DNA of 64,000 nucleotides. Source: Synechococcus sp. GTDB taxonomy: Bacteria > Cyanobacteriota > Cyanobacteriia > Cyanobacteriales > MRBY01. The stretch spans positions 5,567-69,566 of the forward strand of contig JAYKIK010000060.1 of assembly GCA_035284725.1 (NCBI GenBank). The letters are read 5' to 3'. Below the pieces are notes generated by a model. The model did not search any database and had not been told where the DNA came from. It saw only the letters and a list, made by a program, of their open reading frames with translations. Both the position numbers and the translations under genes were made by a program. Below are positions 44,931-55,245 of the stretch, piece by piece. Positions within the stretch are counted from its first letter, which is position 1, and each line of letters opens with the position of its first letter.

Positions 44931-47846
44931 ATGAATAACGAAAAAGTTAGAATTTACGAACTTTCAAAGGAGCTAGAACTCGAAAATAAAGATATCCTTG
45001 AATTCTGCGCTCAGCTCTCCATTGACGTGAAGAGCCATAGCAGCACCATCACCATCGAAGAAGCAGATAAAATTCGGGCGATCGCCACACAAAAGCGCCC
45101 CTCCAGCCCCAAACCCCAACGTCCCCAGAAAAAGAAAAAACAAGAAATTCTTTCTGTGCAACACCAGCCCCAGCGTCCGAAGCCCCAGGCGGAAAAAAGT
45201 CCCGCAGCCAAGCCCCCCAACGTCTCGGCCCAGCCTCCCAAAAAGCTTGAACGGCCTAAGTTGCAGGGCCCTCCTGGCCGCAGCGGGAACGAAGCACCAG
45301 CCAAGCAGGAAGTTAACCAACCCACTCCTCCGGCTGTTACTCCCAAAGCAGTCACCCCCCCTCCAGAATCAGCCCCCGCAGCACCCAAGCCCAAACTGAT
45401 TGGCCCTCCGCCCCGACCGGTCGGCAAGGCCCCTGGACGTTCTGCCGATGTGAGTTCTAATGCTTCCGCCAGTGAAGCAGCCCAGGCAGATGTCCGTGCA
45501 AAGTCTCTCTCAAAAACACCCGCCGAAGCCCCCGCAAAGGCGCCAAAACTGAGACCAAAGCCACAAATCGTTGGTACTGTCAGCAAAAAAACAGAAATTA
45601 GTCCCATTGCCGAACCAGACATTATCGAAGAGCCCGATGTTGTCATTGATGGAGACGAATCAGCAACCCCAGAGGTACTCCTAGCGCCTCCTAAACGTCC
45701 CACTGCCAAACCTAAAAAGGCGATTGGGCCCAAGCCTAGCAAACGTAAAGGCTGGGAAGAGGAAGAAGAGGACGAATCGGAAGCCAACAAGACAAAGACC
45801 ACAAAACTCAAGCGGCGCCCCGTTGTTATCGATGATGAAGATGATGATGAGTTTGATACTGCACTCAATAGCAATGCTGATGCTCTATCCGTGAGTCTTT
45901 CCATTGCACGTCCGCCGAAGCCCAAACAGGCGACAGCAGGCGCTCCCAGTAAACCAGCCCCAGCTCGGCCAAAAAAACCAACGGCGAAAAAATCAGGGGG
46001 AGGCAGCCAACAGCAAAAAGAACAACGGCGCGATCGCCCTGATGTGAAAACCCCACCGACGGAGATCACCTTGACCGAAACCATGACCCTCCGGGAAATG
46101 GCTGACATCCTCTGCATTGCAGAAACAGACATTATTCGTCGGCTCTTTGGCAAGGGAATTGCCATCAACATCACCCAGACCTTGGATTACGACACGGCCC
46201 AAATGGTGGCCGAGGAATTTGAGGTCAAAGTAGTTACCGCCGAAGTGAAATCCGCCGCGGAAAAATCCACCGAGATGCTCGATGCGGCAGATCTAGAGCA
46301 CCTCCAACACCGTCCTCCGGTAGTGACCATCATGGGTCACGTTGACCACGGGAAGACTACCCTCCTTGACTCCATCCGGGAAACGAAGGTAGCCCAAGGA
46401 GAAGCCGGTGGGATTACCCAGCATATCGGTGCCTACCATGTTGACATTGAACACAACGGTAAGCCCGGTCAGATTGTCTTCTTAGATACCCCTGGTCACG
46501 AAGCCTTTACCGCGATGCGGGCCCGGGGGGCAAAGGTTACAGATATCGCAGTCCTTGTCGTTGCGGCCGATGACGGTGTCCGTCCCCAGACTCTGGAAGC
46601 CATTCGCCACGCCCAAGCGGCGAAGGTACCCATCGTTGTAGCGATTAACAAGATGGACAAACCCACCGCTGAACCTGACCGCGTCAAACAGGAACTCTCT
46701 GAACAGGGTCTGGTTCCTGAAGAATGGGGTGGCGAAACGATCATGGTGCCCGTCAGTGCTCTCAAAGGAGAGAATCTCGATACCCTATTGGAGATGATTC
46801 TGCTGGTCTCGGAAATCGAAGAACTGTCTGCGAACCCCGACCGTCTGGCGCGTGGCACGATTATCGAAGCTCACCTGGATCGCGCCCGGGGCCCTGTGGC
46901 GACACTCTTAGTTCAAAACGGTACTCTGCGGGTTGGGGACATCATTGTTGCGGGTTCCGTGATGGGTAAGATTCGGGCGATGATTAGTGATCGCGGCGAA
47001 AAAGTCACCGAAGCCACGCCCTCCTTTGCAGTGGAAATCCTCGGTCTCAGTGAAGTCCCTGCCGCTGGGGACGAATTTGAGGTCTACGCCAGCGAGAAAG
47101 AAGCCCGGGCGATCGCCGATGAACGGGCCGAGGGTAAACGCCAATCCCGACTCCAACAGGCCATGTCTTCCCGTCGGGTCAGCCTCAGTAGCCTTTCTGC
47201 CCAGGCCCAGGAAGGGGAACTCAAGGAACTCAACCTGGTGCTCAAGGCCGATGTTCAAGGTTCCGTAGAAGCTATTCTCGGGTCTCTGCAACAATTGCCC
47301 CAGGATGAAGTACAAATTCGTGTGCTGTTGTCTGCCCCCGGTGAAATCAGTGAAACTGACGTTGACCTCGCTGCGGCCAGTGGTGCGATCATCATTGGTT
47401 TCAATACCACCCTCGCCCCCGGTGCCCGCCAAGCTGCGGAACAGGAAGGGGTCGATATCCGTGAGTACAATGTTATCTATCGTTTCCTCGAAGAAATCCA
47501 AGGGGCGATGGAAGGTCTCCTCGATCCTGAAGAAGTGGAAGAACCCCTGGGTCAGGCCGAAGTACGGGCCGTCTTCCCCGTGGGCCGTGGCTCCGTTGCC
47601 GGCTGCTATGTCCAGTCCGGTAAAGTTGTCCGTAACCGGATGATTCGTGTCCGCCGGGGTAACCAAATTGTCTACGACGGATCTCTGGATTCTCTCAAGC
47701 GGATGAAGGAAGACGTTCGAGAAGTGAACTCCGGCTATGAATGCGGTATTGGTGTGGATAAATTTAGCACCTGGCAAGAAGGGGACATCATCGAAGCCTA
47801 TGAAATGGTCTTCAAACGCCGTACTTTAGCTGGCCGTACCCGTTAA
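44931..47846 (+). CDS. infB: Translation initiation factor IF-2
   Basis: [24 protein letters not shown]; long Pro-rich N-terminus. Confidence 0.99.
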   Translation: MNNEKVRIYELSKELELENKDILEFCAQLSIDVKSHSSTITIEEADKIRAIATQKRPSSPKPQRPQKKKKQEILSVQHQPQRPKPQAEKSPAAKPPNVSAQPPKKLERPKLQGPPGRSGNEAPAKQEVNQPTPPAVTPKAVTPPPESAPAAPKPKLIGPPPRPVGKAPGRSADVSSNASASEAAQADVRAKSLSKTPAEAPAKAPKLRPKPQIVGTVSKKTEISPIAEPDIIEEPDVVIDGDESATPEVLLAPPKRPTAKPKKAIGPKPSKRKGWEEEEEDESEANKTKTTKLKRRPVVIDDEDDDEFDTALNSNADALSVSLSIARPPKPKQATAGAPSKPAPARPKKPTAKKSGGGSQQQKEQRRDRPDVKTPPTEITLTETMTLREMADILCIAETDIIRRLFGKGIAINITQTLDYDTAQMVAEEFEVKVVTAEVKSAAEKSTEMLDAADLEHLQHRPPVVTIMGHVDHGKTTLLDSIRETKVAQGEAGGITQHIGAYHVDIEHNGKPGQIVFLDTPGHEAFTAMRARGAKVTDIAVLVVAADDGVRPQTLEAIRHAQAAKVPIVVAINKMDKPTAEPDRVKQELSEQGLVPEEWGGETIMVPVSALKGENLDTLLEMILLVSEIEELSANPDRLARGTIIEAHLDRARGPVATLLVQNGTLRVGDIIVAGSVMGKIRAMISDRGEKVTEATPSFAVEILGLSEVPAAGDEFEVYASEKEARAIADERAEGKRQSRLQQAMSSRRVSLSSLSAQAQEGELKELNLVLKADVQGSVEAILGSLQQLPQDEVQIRVLLSAPGEISETDVDLAAASGAIIIGFNTTLAPGARQAAEQEGVDIREYNVIYRFLEEIQGAMEGLLDPEEVEEPLGQAEVRAVFPVGRGSVAGCYVQSGKVVRNRMIRVRRGNQIVYDGSLDSLKRMKEDVREVNSGYECGIGVDKFSTWQEGDIIEAYEMVFKRRTLAGRTR

Positions 47847-47918
47847 TCCTGAGTAACCGTTATTTGTCTGGGCGATCGCCCCAGTCCAAACACAAATAAA
47901 AACTTGAACATGATCAGA

Positions 47919-47946
47919 CCTCCTGGGCGACCGGGAGGATTTTTTT
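47919..47946 (+). terminator. Intrinsic terminator after infB
   Basis: cctcctgg-gcga-ccgggagg followed by a T-run. Confidence 0.8.
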
Positions 47947-48059
47947 GTTACAGGTTAAGCTTCCTGTGCACCAAGATTCTGCCACCATTCACCTCCCGGC
48001 AGGTTTCAAGATAAGATATGGGATGATTAATGCGTAGTGATTAAAGGCGTTATTTAGCA

Positions 48060-48149
48060 ATGGATGTTCTTTCTCTAGGTTGGGGCGCTCTTTTAGCCCT
48101 GTTCACTTGGTCGATTGCCATGGTTGTTTGGGCCCGTAACGGTTTCTAG
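48060..48149 (+). CDS. petN: Cytochrome b6f subunit 8 (PetN)
   Basis: Hand translation [29 protein letters not shown], the characteristic 29-aa PetN. Confidence 0.95.
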   Translation: MDVLSLGWGALLALFTWSIAMVVWARNGF

Positions 48150-48153
48150 GATC

Positions 48154-48291
48154 GTGGAAACAATTTTCTTAAATTCTCTTTTTATGGGAGCCCTAGCCCT
48201 ACTGTTACTAGTCAGTGGTGGGATTTCCTATCTTACTTTTGTGGAATGGCGCGATCGCCGTCGTCAGGACCGAGATAAACGGGGAAAGTGA
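48154..48291 (+). CDS. 45-aa single-TM small protein METIFLNSLFMGALALLLLVSGGISYLTFVEWRDRRRQDRDKRGK
   Basis: GTG start 4 nt after the petN stop; TM helix plus GGxxYL..EWRDRRR, recalled as a conserved cyanobacterial small protein. Confidence 0.75.
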   Translation: METIFLNSLFMGALALLLLVSGGISYLTFVEWRDRRRQDRDKRGK

Positions 48292-48343
48292 ATTGTATTC
48301 ACACCAACCTCCCCAGAACCTAAGACTGACTTTTTGGATGACC

Positions 48344-48370
48344 ATCTCCTGCTGACCCAGGGGATTTTTT
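48344..48370 (+). terminator. Terminator after petN and the small ORF
   Basis: atctcctg-ctgacc-caggggat plus T-run. Confidence 0.65.
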
Positions 48371-48459
48371 ATGGGCGGGGTCAATGATAATTCCTAGGGA
48401 ATCTCCCAGGGGATGAACAATTTCTGCCACAATCAAGGAAAGTGTAGTCTGCAAAACTG

Positions 48460-49146
48460 ATGGCGATCCCCGTAAACGAAATCGACTTAGCCCAATATCT
48501 CGAACATTCCCTCTTGCACCCGGCAGCGACCCAAGAACAGGTGAAAGAATGCTGCCGGGCGGCGGAACAGTTCAATTTTCCGGCGGTGTGTCTTTACCCA
48601 ACGGCCATCAAAACAGCTCGGGATCTCCTGCACCAGCGTCCAATCCACATTTGCTGTGTGGTGGGTTTTCCCTCGGGGGCCCACACCCTGGCGACAAAAC
48701 TCTACGAAGCTCAGGAAGCAGTGGAAAATGGAGCAACGGAACTGGATCTAATGCTCAATCTTGCTTTACTTAAAATGGGGGAATCAGAAAAGCTTTACGA
48801 AGAAGTGGCCCAGATCGTTGAAGCGACTCAGGTATCCGTTAAAACAATTTTAGAAACAGCTTTACTTACGGATACGGAAAAACGTTTGGCGGCGGAAATT
48901 TGCCTTGATGCGGGGGCCAGTTACCTCAAAACCTCGACAGGGTGGTTCGGGGGGGCAACGATCGCCGATGTGAAATTACTCCATTCCGTCACCCGGGGTC
49001 AAATTGGCATTAAAGCGGCCGGAGGAATCAAAACCGCAGACCAGGCGATCGCCTTAATCCAGGCAGGGGCCACCCGCCTCGGCACATCCCGCAGTATCCA
49101 AATCATCCAGGAGCGGGAACAACTCAGTGATCATGCTGGCTGGTAA
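48460..49146 (+). CDS. deoC: Deoxyribose-phosphate aldolase
   Basis: VGFPSG, GATELD, KTILET, Schiff-base [17 protein letters not shown]. Confidence 0.95.
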   Translation: MAIPVNEIDLAQYLEHSLLHPAATQEQVKECCRAAEQFNFPAVCLYPTAIKTARDLLHQRPIHICCVVGFPSGAHTLATKLYEAQEAVENGATELDLMLNLALLKMGESEKLYEEVAQIVEATQVSVKTILETALLTDTEKRLAAEICLDAGASYLKTSTGWFGGATIADVKLLHSVTRGQIGIKAAGGIKTADQAIALIQAGATRLGTSRSIQIIQEREQLSDHAGW

Positions 49147-49196
49147 AAAGCAATTTACGAGGTCTATATCTACTCCTGTTCATTCGGTAAATTGCG

Positions 49197-50009
49197 ATGT
49201 CCCTAAAAATCACCGGTATTGTCATTAAAGGTGCTCCTCTGGGGGAGGCGGATCGTTTGGTGACAATTCTTTCCCCGGAACAGGGCTTACTAAAGGCGGT
49301 AGCCCCAGGCGCGCGCCAACACCGTTCAGCCTTACGGGGACGGACAGAGCTGCTGGTGGTGAATGAATTTCTCCTGAAACAGGGGCGATCGCTCGATCGG
49401 ATCCAACAGGCGGACACCCTCACTTCCCATGCTGGCCTAGCCCGGGATTTCGCAAAATTGGCAGTGGGGCAATATTTAGCAGAAGTCGTCAGTTATCTGG
49501 CTGTGAGTCAGACTCCCCAACTAGAACTATATGAACTGCTACTTGAACACCTGCGCCGCCTCGAACATTTAGAATTGACATCCCAGGCGCGCATTACCCA
49601 GGTTGTGGCCCACCTCACCCAGGCTTTATTTCATCTAGTGGCGATCGCCGGCCTTGCTCCCCAGGTGAACCATTGCGCCCTCACCCAAACCCCCGTGGAA
49701 CCGAATTTCGTTGATCTCCGGTGGCGGGTTGGCTTCAGTTATGAATTGGGTGGCTTGATGACCTTGGCCCAGGGAAAGATCCGTCCGGATCAACGGCTAA
49801 CCGCCCTGGAACTAGATTTGCTCCAGACTCTCCCACAGCCCCAGCTGCCGGATCTAAAACATTGGGACGCAACCCACCAACAGATTTTTCCTTTAGAAAC
49901 TGCCTGGCTCCGCGTAGAACAGCTTCTTAGGGGATATCTCAAGCACCATCTCGGCAAACCCCTTAAGGCCGCGACCCTGATTGATACCCTGGCTCCCCTT
50001 GCGTTCTAA
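49197..50009 (+). CDS. recO: DNA repair protein RecO
   Basis: GIVIK..LGEADRLVTILSPEQGLLKAVAPGAR N-terminal OB-fold. Confidence 0.92.
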   Translation: MSLKITGIVIKGAPLGEADRLVTILSPEQGLLKAVAPGARQHRSALRGRTELLVVNEFLLKQGRSLDRIQQADTLTSHAGLARDFAKLAVGQYLAEVVSYLAVSQTPQLELYELLLEHLRRLEHLELTSQARITQVVAHLTQALFHLVAIAGLAPQVNHCALTQTPVEPNFVDLRWRVGFSYELGGLMTLAQGKIRPDQRLTALELDLLQTLPQPQLPDLKHWDATHQQIFPLETAWLRVEQLLRGYLKHHLGKPLKAATLIDTLAPLAF

Positions 50010-50015
50010 AACGCT

Positions 50016-51074
50016 CTAAAACCGCTGCTCCACAACGTTGAGATTTTGACGATAACCAGCAAGTTTCTCCTGGGCAAAATCATGGTAGAAATCCTCAGCG
50101 GGGATGGCCTCTAGGGTGGTGATCGCCCCTTGCCATTGTTGGGCAACCTCTTGCCACTGTACCGGGGAAAGGTCAGCTTGTTCCGCCATCTGGGCCGCCT
50201 TTGCCGCCTGGGATAAACCCGAGATCAATTGACCAAGACTATTGCTCAGGGTTTGATATTCTGCTCGTTGGGCTTTGATTTCAGGATAACGGGGTGACCA
50301 TTGGGGCACTGTACCGAGGAGATCATCTAAATTGGCGATCGCCTGTTGGAGATCCGTTTGGGCCTGGAGAATAGCTTGGCCGGAGGGAGGTTCGGGGGTT
50401 GTGAAAATTGCCTGGGCCGGATCCGCCAATTGACTGGCTGTATTTAGGGGAGGGCAAGAACCAAGTACACAGGGACGGGTGAGGACATAACCCGCAACGC
50501 CGGCTAAAACGAGGACAAGGCCACCAATGCCAAGGGCCACTAAACTTTTTTTCTGGGGGCGATCGCCAGGGGGAACCACTGGAGCGGTCAGATCTTCCTC
50601 AGGAACGTCATCCGTGGAAAACGTCGGGGGTTCTGCTGCTTCCGGGGGAAGCTCGTCGGCGGCAAGATCAATGCCAGGAAATGTTCCCAGCGCCTCGGTC
50701 GGGGTAAATGCGGCTTCTTCGGAAAGCGTGAAATCAGGGCTTTCTGTGCTGAGGGTGGCCTCTGGATCCTGCCAGTGGTCTGGGGGCGCAAAGGTGTGGA
50801 AAGCATAGGGTTCAGCCGCGCCAGTGATCCGCAGATAACTTAAAATTTTGTATTGTTCCCTTAGTAAGTTCTGGGGGAGATAGTCACGAATGAGGCGAAA
50901 CACAGACCGCTTATCTTCAAGGGCCGGGGCGGAATGCTGAACTAGGATAATACAAATTCCTTCTTTAAAAACGCAGCGCACCTGGATTGGATCCGTTGGA
51001 AAGTAGGCCACCTGGAGTTGAGCGCGGAGATCCGCCTGGAGATCCTGGAGATTAAACGGTGCAGCGTCGGACAT
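50016..51074 (-). CDS. Hypothetical single-pass membrane protein
   Basis: Soluble N-domain, acidic Pro-rich linker, TM helix, RPCVLGSC, helical C-domain. Confidence 0.75.
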   Translation of the reverse strand: MSDAAPFNLQDLQADLRAQLQVAYFPTDPIQVRCVFKEGICIILVQHSAPALEDKRSVFRLIRDYLPQNLLREQYKILSYLRITGAAEPYAFHTFAPPDHWQDPEATLSTESPDFTLSEEAAFTPTEALGTFPGIDLAADELPPEAAEPPTFSTDDVPEEDLTAPVVPPGDRPQKKSLVALGIGGLVLVLAGVAGYVLTRPCVLGSCPPLNTASQLADPAQAIFTTPEPPSGQAILQAQTDLQQAIANLDDLLGTVPQWSPRYPEIKAQRAEYQTLSNSLGQLISGLSQAAKAAQMAEQADLSPVQWQEVAQQWQGAITTLEAIPAEDFYHDFAQEKLAGYRQNLNVVEQRF

Positions 51075-51173
51075 AACCGGAAGAATAGCCTATAGACTTG
51101 CAATGTCACTGTAAGTAAAGCTCAAAAAAATAGTCTTGTCAAAAGCCCCAGGCGATCGCCAAAAATTTTTACT

Positions 51174-52811
51174 TTAACGGGGATTCTGCCGCAAAAAGCC
51201 ACTAAAACTATCCACAACCCAAGTCAGCGCCAGGAAACACAACAACGTCAGACAAATACCGCCATAGTCAAAGCTACTCAACTGCTCCGTCAACAGTCGC
51301 CCCAAACCCCCGGCCCCCACCAGGCCCACAATCACCGTCTCCCGCAGACACACCTCCCAGCGATAAAAGCTATAGGCAATGAAATTCGGCAGGGTTAGAG
51401 GTACCGTGCCATAGAGCCACACATTCACCTCACGACTACCCAAGCTCCGCAAAGCGTTCAGGGGGGCAGGGGGGACATTTTCAATCACCTCAGTCATCAA
51501 TCGCCCAAGAATCCCCAGGTTATGCACCCCCAAGGCGATCGCCCCCGGTAAAATCCCTGGAAACAGCACAAACACAGACACCAATGCCCAGATGGGAGCC
51601 GGGATACTCCGACACACCAACAGCACCAAGTGGCCCAATAATCTGAGGGGAAGCGGTAAAGGCCCTTGATCCTTTGCGGTGAGAAACGCCAGCACCAATC
51701 CCCCCAACCCCGCCAAGGCGATCGCCAAAATAGACATTTCCAGGGTCTGGATACTTAAAAGTCCTAAATTACCCAGTTGCTCCAGGTGGAGGCTTAATCT
51801 CTGTAGTTGAGTAACTACTTCCCCTAAAAACCGTTGCCCTTGTCCCGACCATAACCTTGCCCAATCCGGCTGTACATACCAAAAGCCCCACAGCACCAAG
51901 GCAAGACTGAATCCTGCTGTGCCCAAGAGCCAATTGCGCCGCCGAAACCCCACCTGATACTGACGACGGTTTAAATCCAAGCGGCTGGCACAACCCAACT
52001 GTACCCGCAGCAAACGACTACTCCAATCCACGACCCCATTGAGTAAGATCAGCGCGTAAAATAACGTCCACAGCTGTTGATAACGGAGGGACTGCAAGCT
52101 CAGGTAAATTTCGTAACCCAACCCTCCGGCGCCAATGATCCCCAGCACCGCCGCCGACCGGAGAGAACATTCAAACCGATAAAAACTGTAGGACAGCAAA
52201 TTAAATAAAGCCTGGGGCAAAATCCCATAGAGAAAAGCCTGGGGGATTGGTACGCCGCTATGGATCAAAGCCGTAAAGCCAGCTCGCGGGGTTTCATCGA
52301 TAATCTCGGCAAAGATCTTCGCCACAATCGCCCCAAAGGGAATGGCGATCGCCCCCAAAGCCACCACCGGATCTAAACCCCAGCAGTTAATCAAAATCAA
52401 CCCCCACACCACCTCATGGATAGCCCGGGGCACCGCCAGACAAGTTCGTAGGCCCGCCCCGACTAAACCCCGGCCCTGGGGAAATAAGGTCTCCCAGATC
52501 AGCTTGGCACTGAGTAAACCGCCGACCGTCCCTAGAATCAGACTCAAAAAAGTGCCACAAACGGCATAGGCGAAGGTCGTTAGGCTGGCCTGGAGCGTCA
52601 ATTGCAAAAAATCCGCCGTTAAATCCGGTTGTAGGGCTGCTCCCCAGAAACGCCAAAAGGTCTCCCATCCCTGGGGATTCACCAGGGTATTCCCCTGAAA
52701 CAAAACATCGATCACGCTAATGGCGATCGCCAAGCCAAAGCAACCATAGCCCCAAACCTTCGGCTGGATATTTCGTGGGGACAGAAGGGAGATTCTAGAT
52801 ATCAATGGCAA
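51174..52811 (-). CDS. PhnE/PtxC-family ABC permease with two fused permease units (start uncertain)
   Basis: Duplicated motifs RAIHEVVW / RSIPAPIW and YRFECSLRSAAVLGIIGAGGLG / YRWEVCLRETVIVGLVGAGGLG. Confidence 0.87.
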   Translation of the reverse strand: MPLISRISLLSPRNIQPKVWGYGCFGLAIAISVIDVLFQGNTLVNPQGWETFWRFWGAALQPDLTADFLQLTLQASLTTFAYAVCGTFLSLILGTVGGLLSAKLIWETLFPQGRGLVGAGLRTCLAVPRAIHEVVWGLILINCWGLDPVVALGAIAIPFGAIVAKIFAEIIDETPRAGFTALIHSGVPIPQAFLYGILPQALFNLLSYSFYRFECSLRSAAVLGIIGAGGLGYEIYLSLQSLRYQQLWTLFYALILLNGVVDWSSRLLRVQLGCASRLDLNRRQYQVGFRRRNWLLGTAGFSLALVLWGFWYVQPDWARLWSGQGQRFLGEVVTQLQRLSLHLEQLGNLGLLSIQTLEMSILAIALAGLGGLVLAFLTAKDQGPLPLPLRLLGHLVLLVCRSIPAPIWALVSVFVLFPGILPGAIALGVHNLGILGRLMTEVIENVPPAPLNALRSLGSREVNVWLYGTVPLTLPNFIAYSFYRWEVCLRETVIVGLVGAGGLGRLLTEQLSSFDYGGICLTLLCFLALTWVVDSFSGFLRQNPR

Positions 52812-52878
52812 GATCCGGCGGAGAGTATGGCAAAATTATCAACAAATAATTATTAAACACATTAAGGAAAGCCTCATT

Positions 52879-52995
52879 ATGACTCCCTCTTTGGCAAATT
52901 TTTTCTATAGCCTCCTTGCTGGTACCCTGATTGTGGTTATTCCCGCCACAGCGTTTCTCATCTTTATCAGTCAGCAAGACAAAATTAAGCGCTAA
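52879..52995 (+). CDS. psbX: Photosystem II subunit PsbX
   Basis: Hand translation MTPSLANFFYSLLAGTLIVVIPATAFLIFISQQDKIKR; followed by ycf66. Confidence 0.95.
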   Translation: MTPSLANFFYSLLAGTLIVVIPATAFLIFISQQDKIKR

Positions 52996-53130
52996 ATTTT
53001 TTACGTTTCAAAGCCAAAAAGAAGGGGGTGGGCATGTTATTACTCTGTCCACCTCTGTTTCTATTGAGATATCGTAGAGTCTGGCCACGGAAGTCGTTAG
53101 TATAGAAGGTAGAGTCAAGGGAGATCAAAG

Positions 53131-54024
53131 ATGGTTAATTTTGGGCTAAATTCCGCCAGTATCCTGGGGATCGCGTTGGCTGCGGCCGGTGCTTCCCTCT
53201 ATTTTCTCCGGTCGGTGCGCCCAGAACTCTCCCGAGATCATGACATTTTCTTTGCAGCTGTTGGCTTACTGTGCGGCTTTATCCTCCTCTTCCAAGGGTG
53301 GCGACTAGATCCGATTTTACAATTTGGTCAGTTTCTCTTATCCGGTTCAGCGGTCTTTTTTGCCATTGAATCCATTCGCCTCCGGGGTTTGGCGACAGAA
53401 CAGGCCCGCCGGAATACACCCATTGTGGATGATGAACGTCCTGTCAGTCGGGTTTATCGGGCAGAACTAGATCAAATTGAACCCTACCAAGGGGAAGAAC
53501 GCTATGAGCGACGTCTCCGGGGTTATCCAGAACCACGCTCGAACCGCAGTCGGGGTTATAACGACGAAACGCCCCGCAGCAGTGGCACCCGCCCTAGTCG
53601 CAACCGCCCCCCCGCTGATTATGGCGATCGCCCTTCCCGTCCCAGTAACCGTCGCCCTTCCCGCCCGGAAGTGCCTAACCGTCGCCCTTCTCGTCCCGAC
53701 CGCTACGATAATGGGGGTTATGACGCCTATGGTCCCGGGGAAAATGTGACCGATGTCTGGTCCGAGGATGCTTGGAATGGTGGCGATCGCCCTGTAGATG
53801 AAACGCCCCGTCGTCCCCGTCGTCCCCGCCCAGAGGATGAAACCCCTGTTTCTCGCCGTCCCCGTCGCCCTCGTCCGGATGAGGAAGTGGCCACCGTTGA
53901 CTACCAACCCATTGATGGAACTGGCTTTGATGATGATCAAGATTGGGATGATGCCGCCCCGGAAACGCCGGAAAATCCTGAAGGCGATCGCCCCAATAAC
54001 AACCCCGTCAATTTCGACTATTAA
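53131..54024 (+). CDS. ycf66: Ycf66 family protein
   Basis: LYFLRSVRPELSRDHDIFF..LFQGWRLDPILQFGQ, then a low-complexity R/P/D tail. Confidence 0.93.
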   Translation: MVNFGLNSASILGIALAAAGASLYFLRSVRPELSRDHDIFFAAVGLLCGFILLFQGWRLDPILQFGQFLLSGSAVFFAIESIRLRGLATEQARRNTPIVDDERPVSRVYRAELDQIEPYQGEERYERRLRGYPEPRSNRSRGYNDETPRSSGTRPSRNRPPADYGDRPSRPSNRRPSRPEVPNRRPSRPDRYDNGGYDAYGPGENVTDVWSEDAWNGGDRPVDETPRRPRRPRPEDETPVSRRPRRPRPDEEVATVDYQPIDGTGFDDDQDWDDAAPETPENPEGDRPNNNPVNFDY

Positions 54025-54095
54025 TCTAATACTTTTTCAATTGTTCAAGTTCCCAAAGACCCATACTTTTTCCCATTCTCTGCCCATTCATCGAT

Positions 54096-54632
54096 GTGCT
54101 TAGGCGAATCCCTCGTTTCCTCTGGCTACTGACCCTATTGCTGGGTATAGGCGGTTGTTCCTTGGGCAATACACCCCTGACGCCCACTTCCCTCAACAGC
54201 CGCTACCATGATGAGCAACCGACCCTGAGTGGTGATGGCCGCTGGTTAGCCTTCATTTCCAATCGCCACGGTACCAGTGAACTGTTGGTCTATGACCTCA
54301 CCCAAAAACAATTCGTTGAGTTACCCAATCTCAACCAGAAAAATGCGATCTACGAGAGTCCAAGTCTGAGTCGCACTGGTCGCTATCTCGTCTATTTATC
54401 CAGTCCCCTCGGCAAACCGGACATTATTCTCTACGATCGCGCCACAAAACAGTCGGATATTTTGACCCAGGGTTATCGCCATTGGGTACGCAACCCACAA
54501 ATTAGTCCCGATGGCCGCTATGTCGTTTTTGAATCAGCCCGTCGGGGTCAGTGGGATGTGGAAGTACTTGACCGGGGCCCCAATATTGAATTTGATCTGC
54601 CCCAGGAAGTCATTGTGAATCCACAGGGCTAG
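54096..54632 (+). CDS. TolB-like beta-propeller repeat lipoprotein
   Basis: Lipobox-like IGGC; repeats PTLSGDGRWLAF, PSLSRTGRYLVY, PQISPDGRYVVF. Confidence 0.85.
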   Translation: MLRRIPRFLWLLTLLLGIGGCSLGNTPLTPTSLNSRYHDEQPTLSGDGRWLAFISNRHGTSELLVYDLTQKQFVELPNLNQKNAIYESPSLSRTGRYLVYLSSPLGKPDIILYDRATKQSDILTQGYRHWVRNPQISPDGRYVVFESARRGQWDVEVLDRGPNIEFDLPQEVIVNPQG

Positions 54633-54750
54633 GTTTGCTCTCGAAATAAGGCCTATGGGTATGTTGCGATAAATAACGGCGATCTCATTTTTTGCGTCCA
54701 TTAAAGGCCAACACTCCCCTTCTGGGCCAGGCAAAATTAAGGTTTTATGG

Positions 54751-54778
54751 TTGACAGATTAATGAATCAGAGTATTAT
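54751..54778 (+). promoter_or_regulatory. Near-consensus sigma70-type promoter
   Basis: TTGACA 54751-54756, 16-nt spacer, TATTAT 54773-54778. Confidence 0.6.
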
Positions 54779-54917
54779 GTCATATATCTTAACCTTATAG
54801 CTGTCGTCTGTTTTTCTGATACCGCCCTAGATTCGCACCGGTAACGGGCCCCAAAACAAAAAAAGGGTTAACGAGGCGATCGCCAATGGTTGAAAATTAT
54901 CAGTGTGCTTTTGAACT

Positions 54918-55118
54918 ATGATCAACCCATCGATTCTAAGCCTTGGCATTGCCGCCTTTGCCACCTGCCTCAGTTTAAATATCAAAGAAGAAATCGTGAA
55001 AGTTGCGATGGGATGTGTCGCAGTGCTGACTGGAATTCTTGCCCTGTGTTATGCCCCCTGGGAAATTAAGCTCCTGGGGATAGCGTTACCTATTATCTTC
55101 AATCGTCTTGACGTCTAA
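54918..55118 (+). CDS. Small hydrophobic membrane protein (66 aa)
   Basis: ATG start, two to three hydrophobic segments, its own promoter upstream. Confidence 0.7.
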   Translation: MINPSILSLGIAAFATCLSLNIKEEIVKVAMGCVAVLTGILALCYAPWEIKLLGIALPIIFNRLDV

Positions 55119-55245
55119 TTTTTTGGATTTCTCAACAAAAAAAACTCTAGAGACTGGTAAACCATTATTGAGATCTAGCTTATCGTCTCAACTAAAAATA
55201 TCTGTTCACTAAACTATGGCAATCGATGGTCTACCGCAACCGAGT

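Noticed and set aside
45011-47777. Long antisense ORFs (387 aa and 289 aa) opposite infB
   Set aside because: Fully overlap an unambiguous essential gene and have no recognisable motifs; typical codon-bias shadows.
52795-52977. 60-aa minus-strand ORF
   Set aside because: Antisense to the clearly recognisable psbX.
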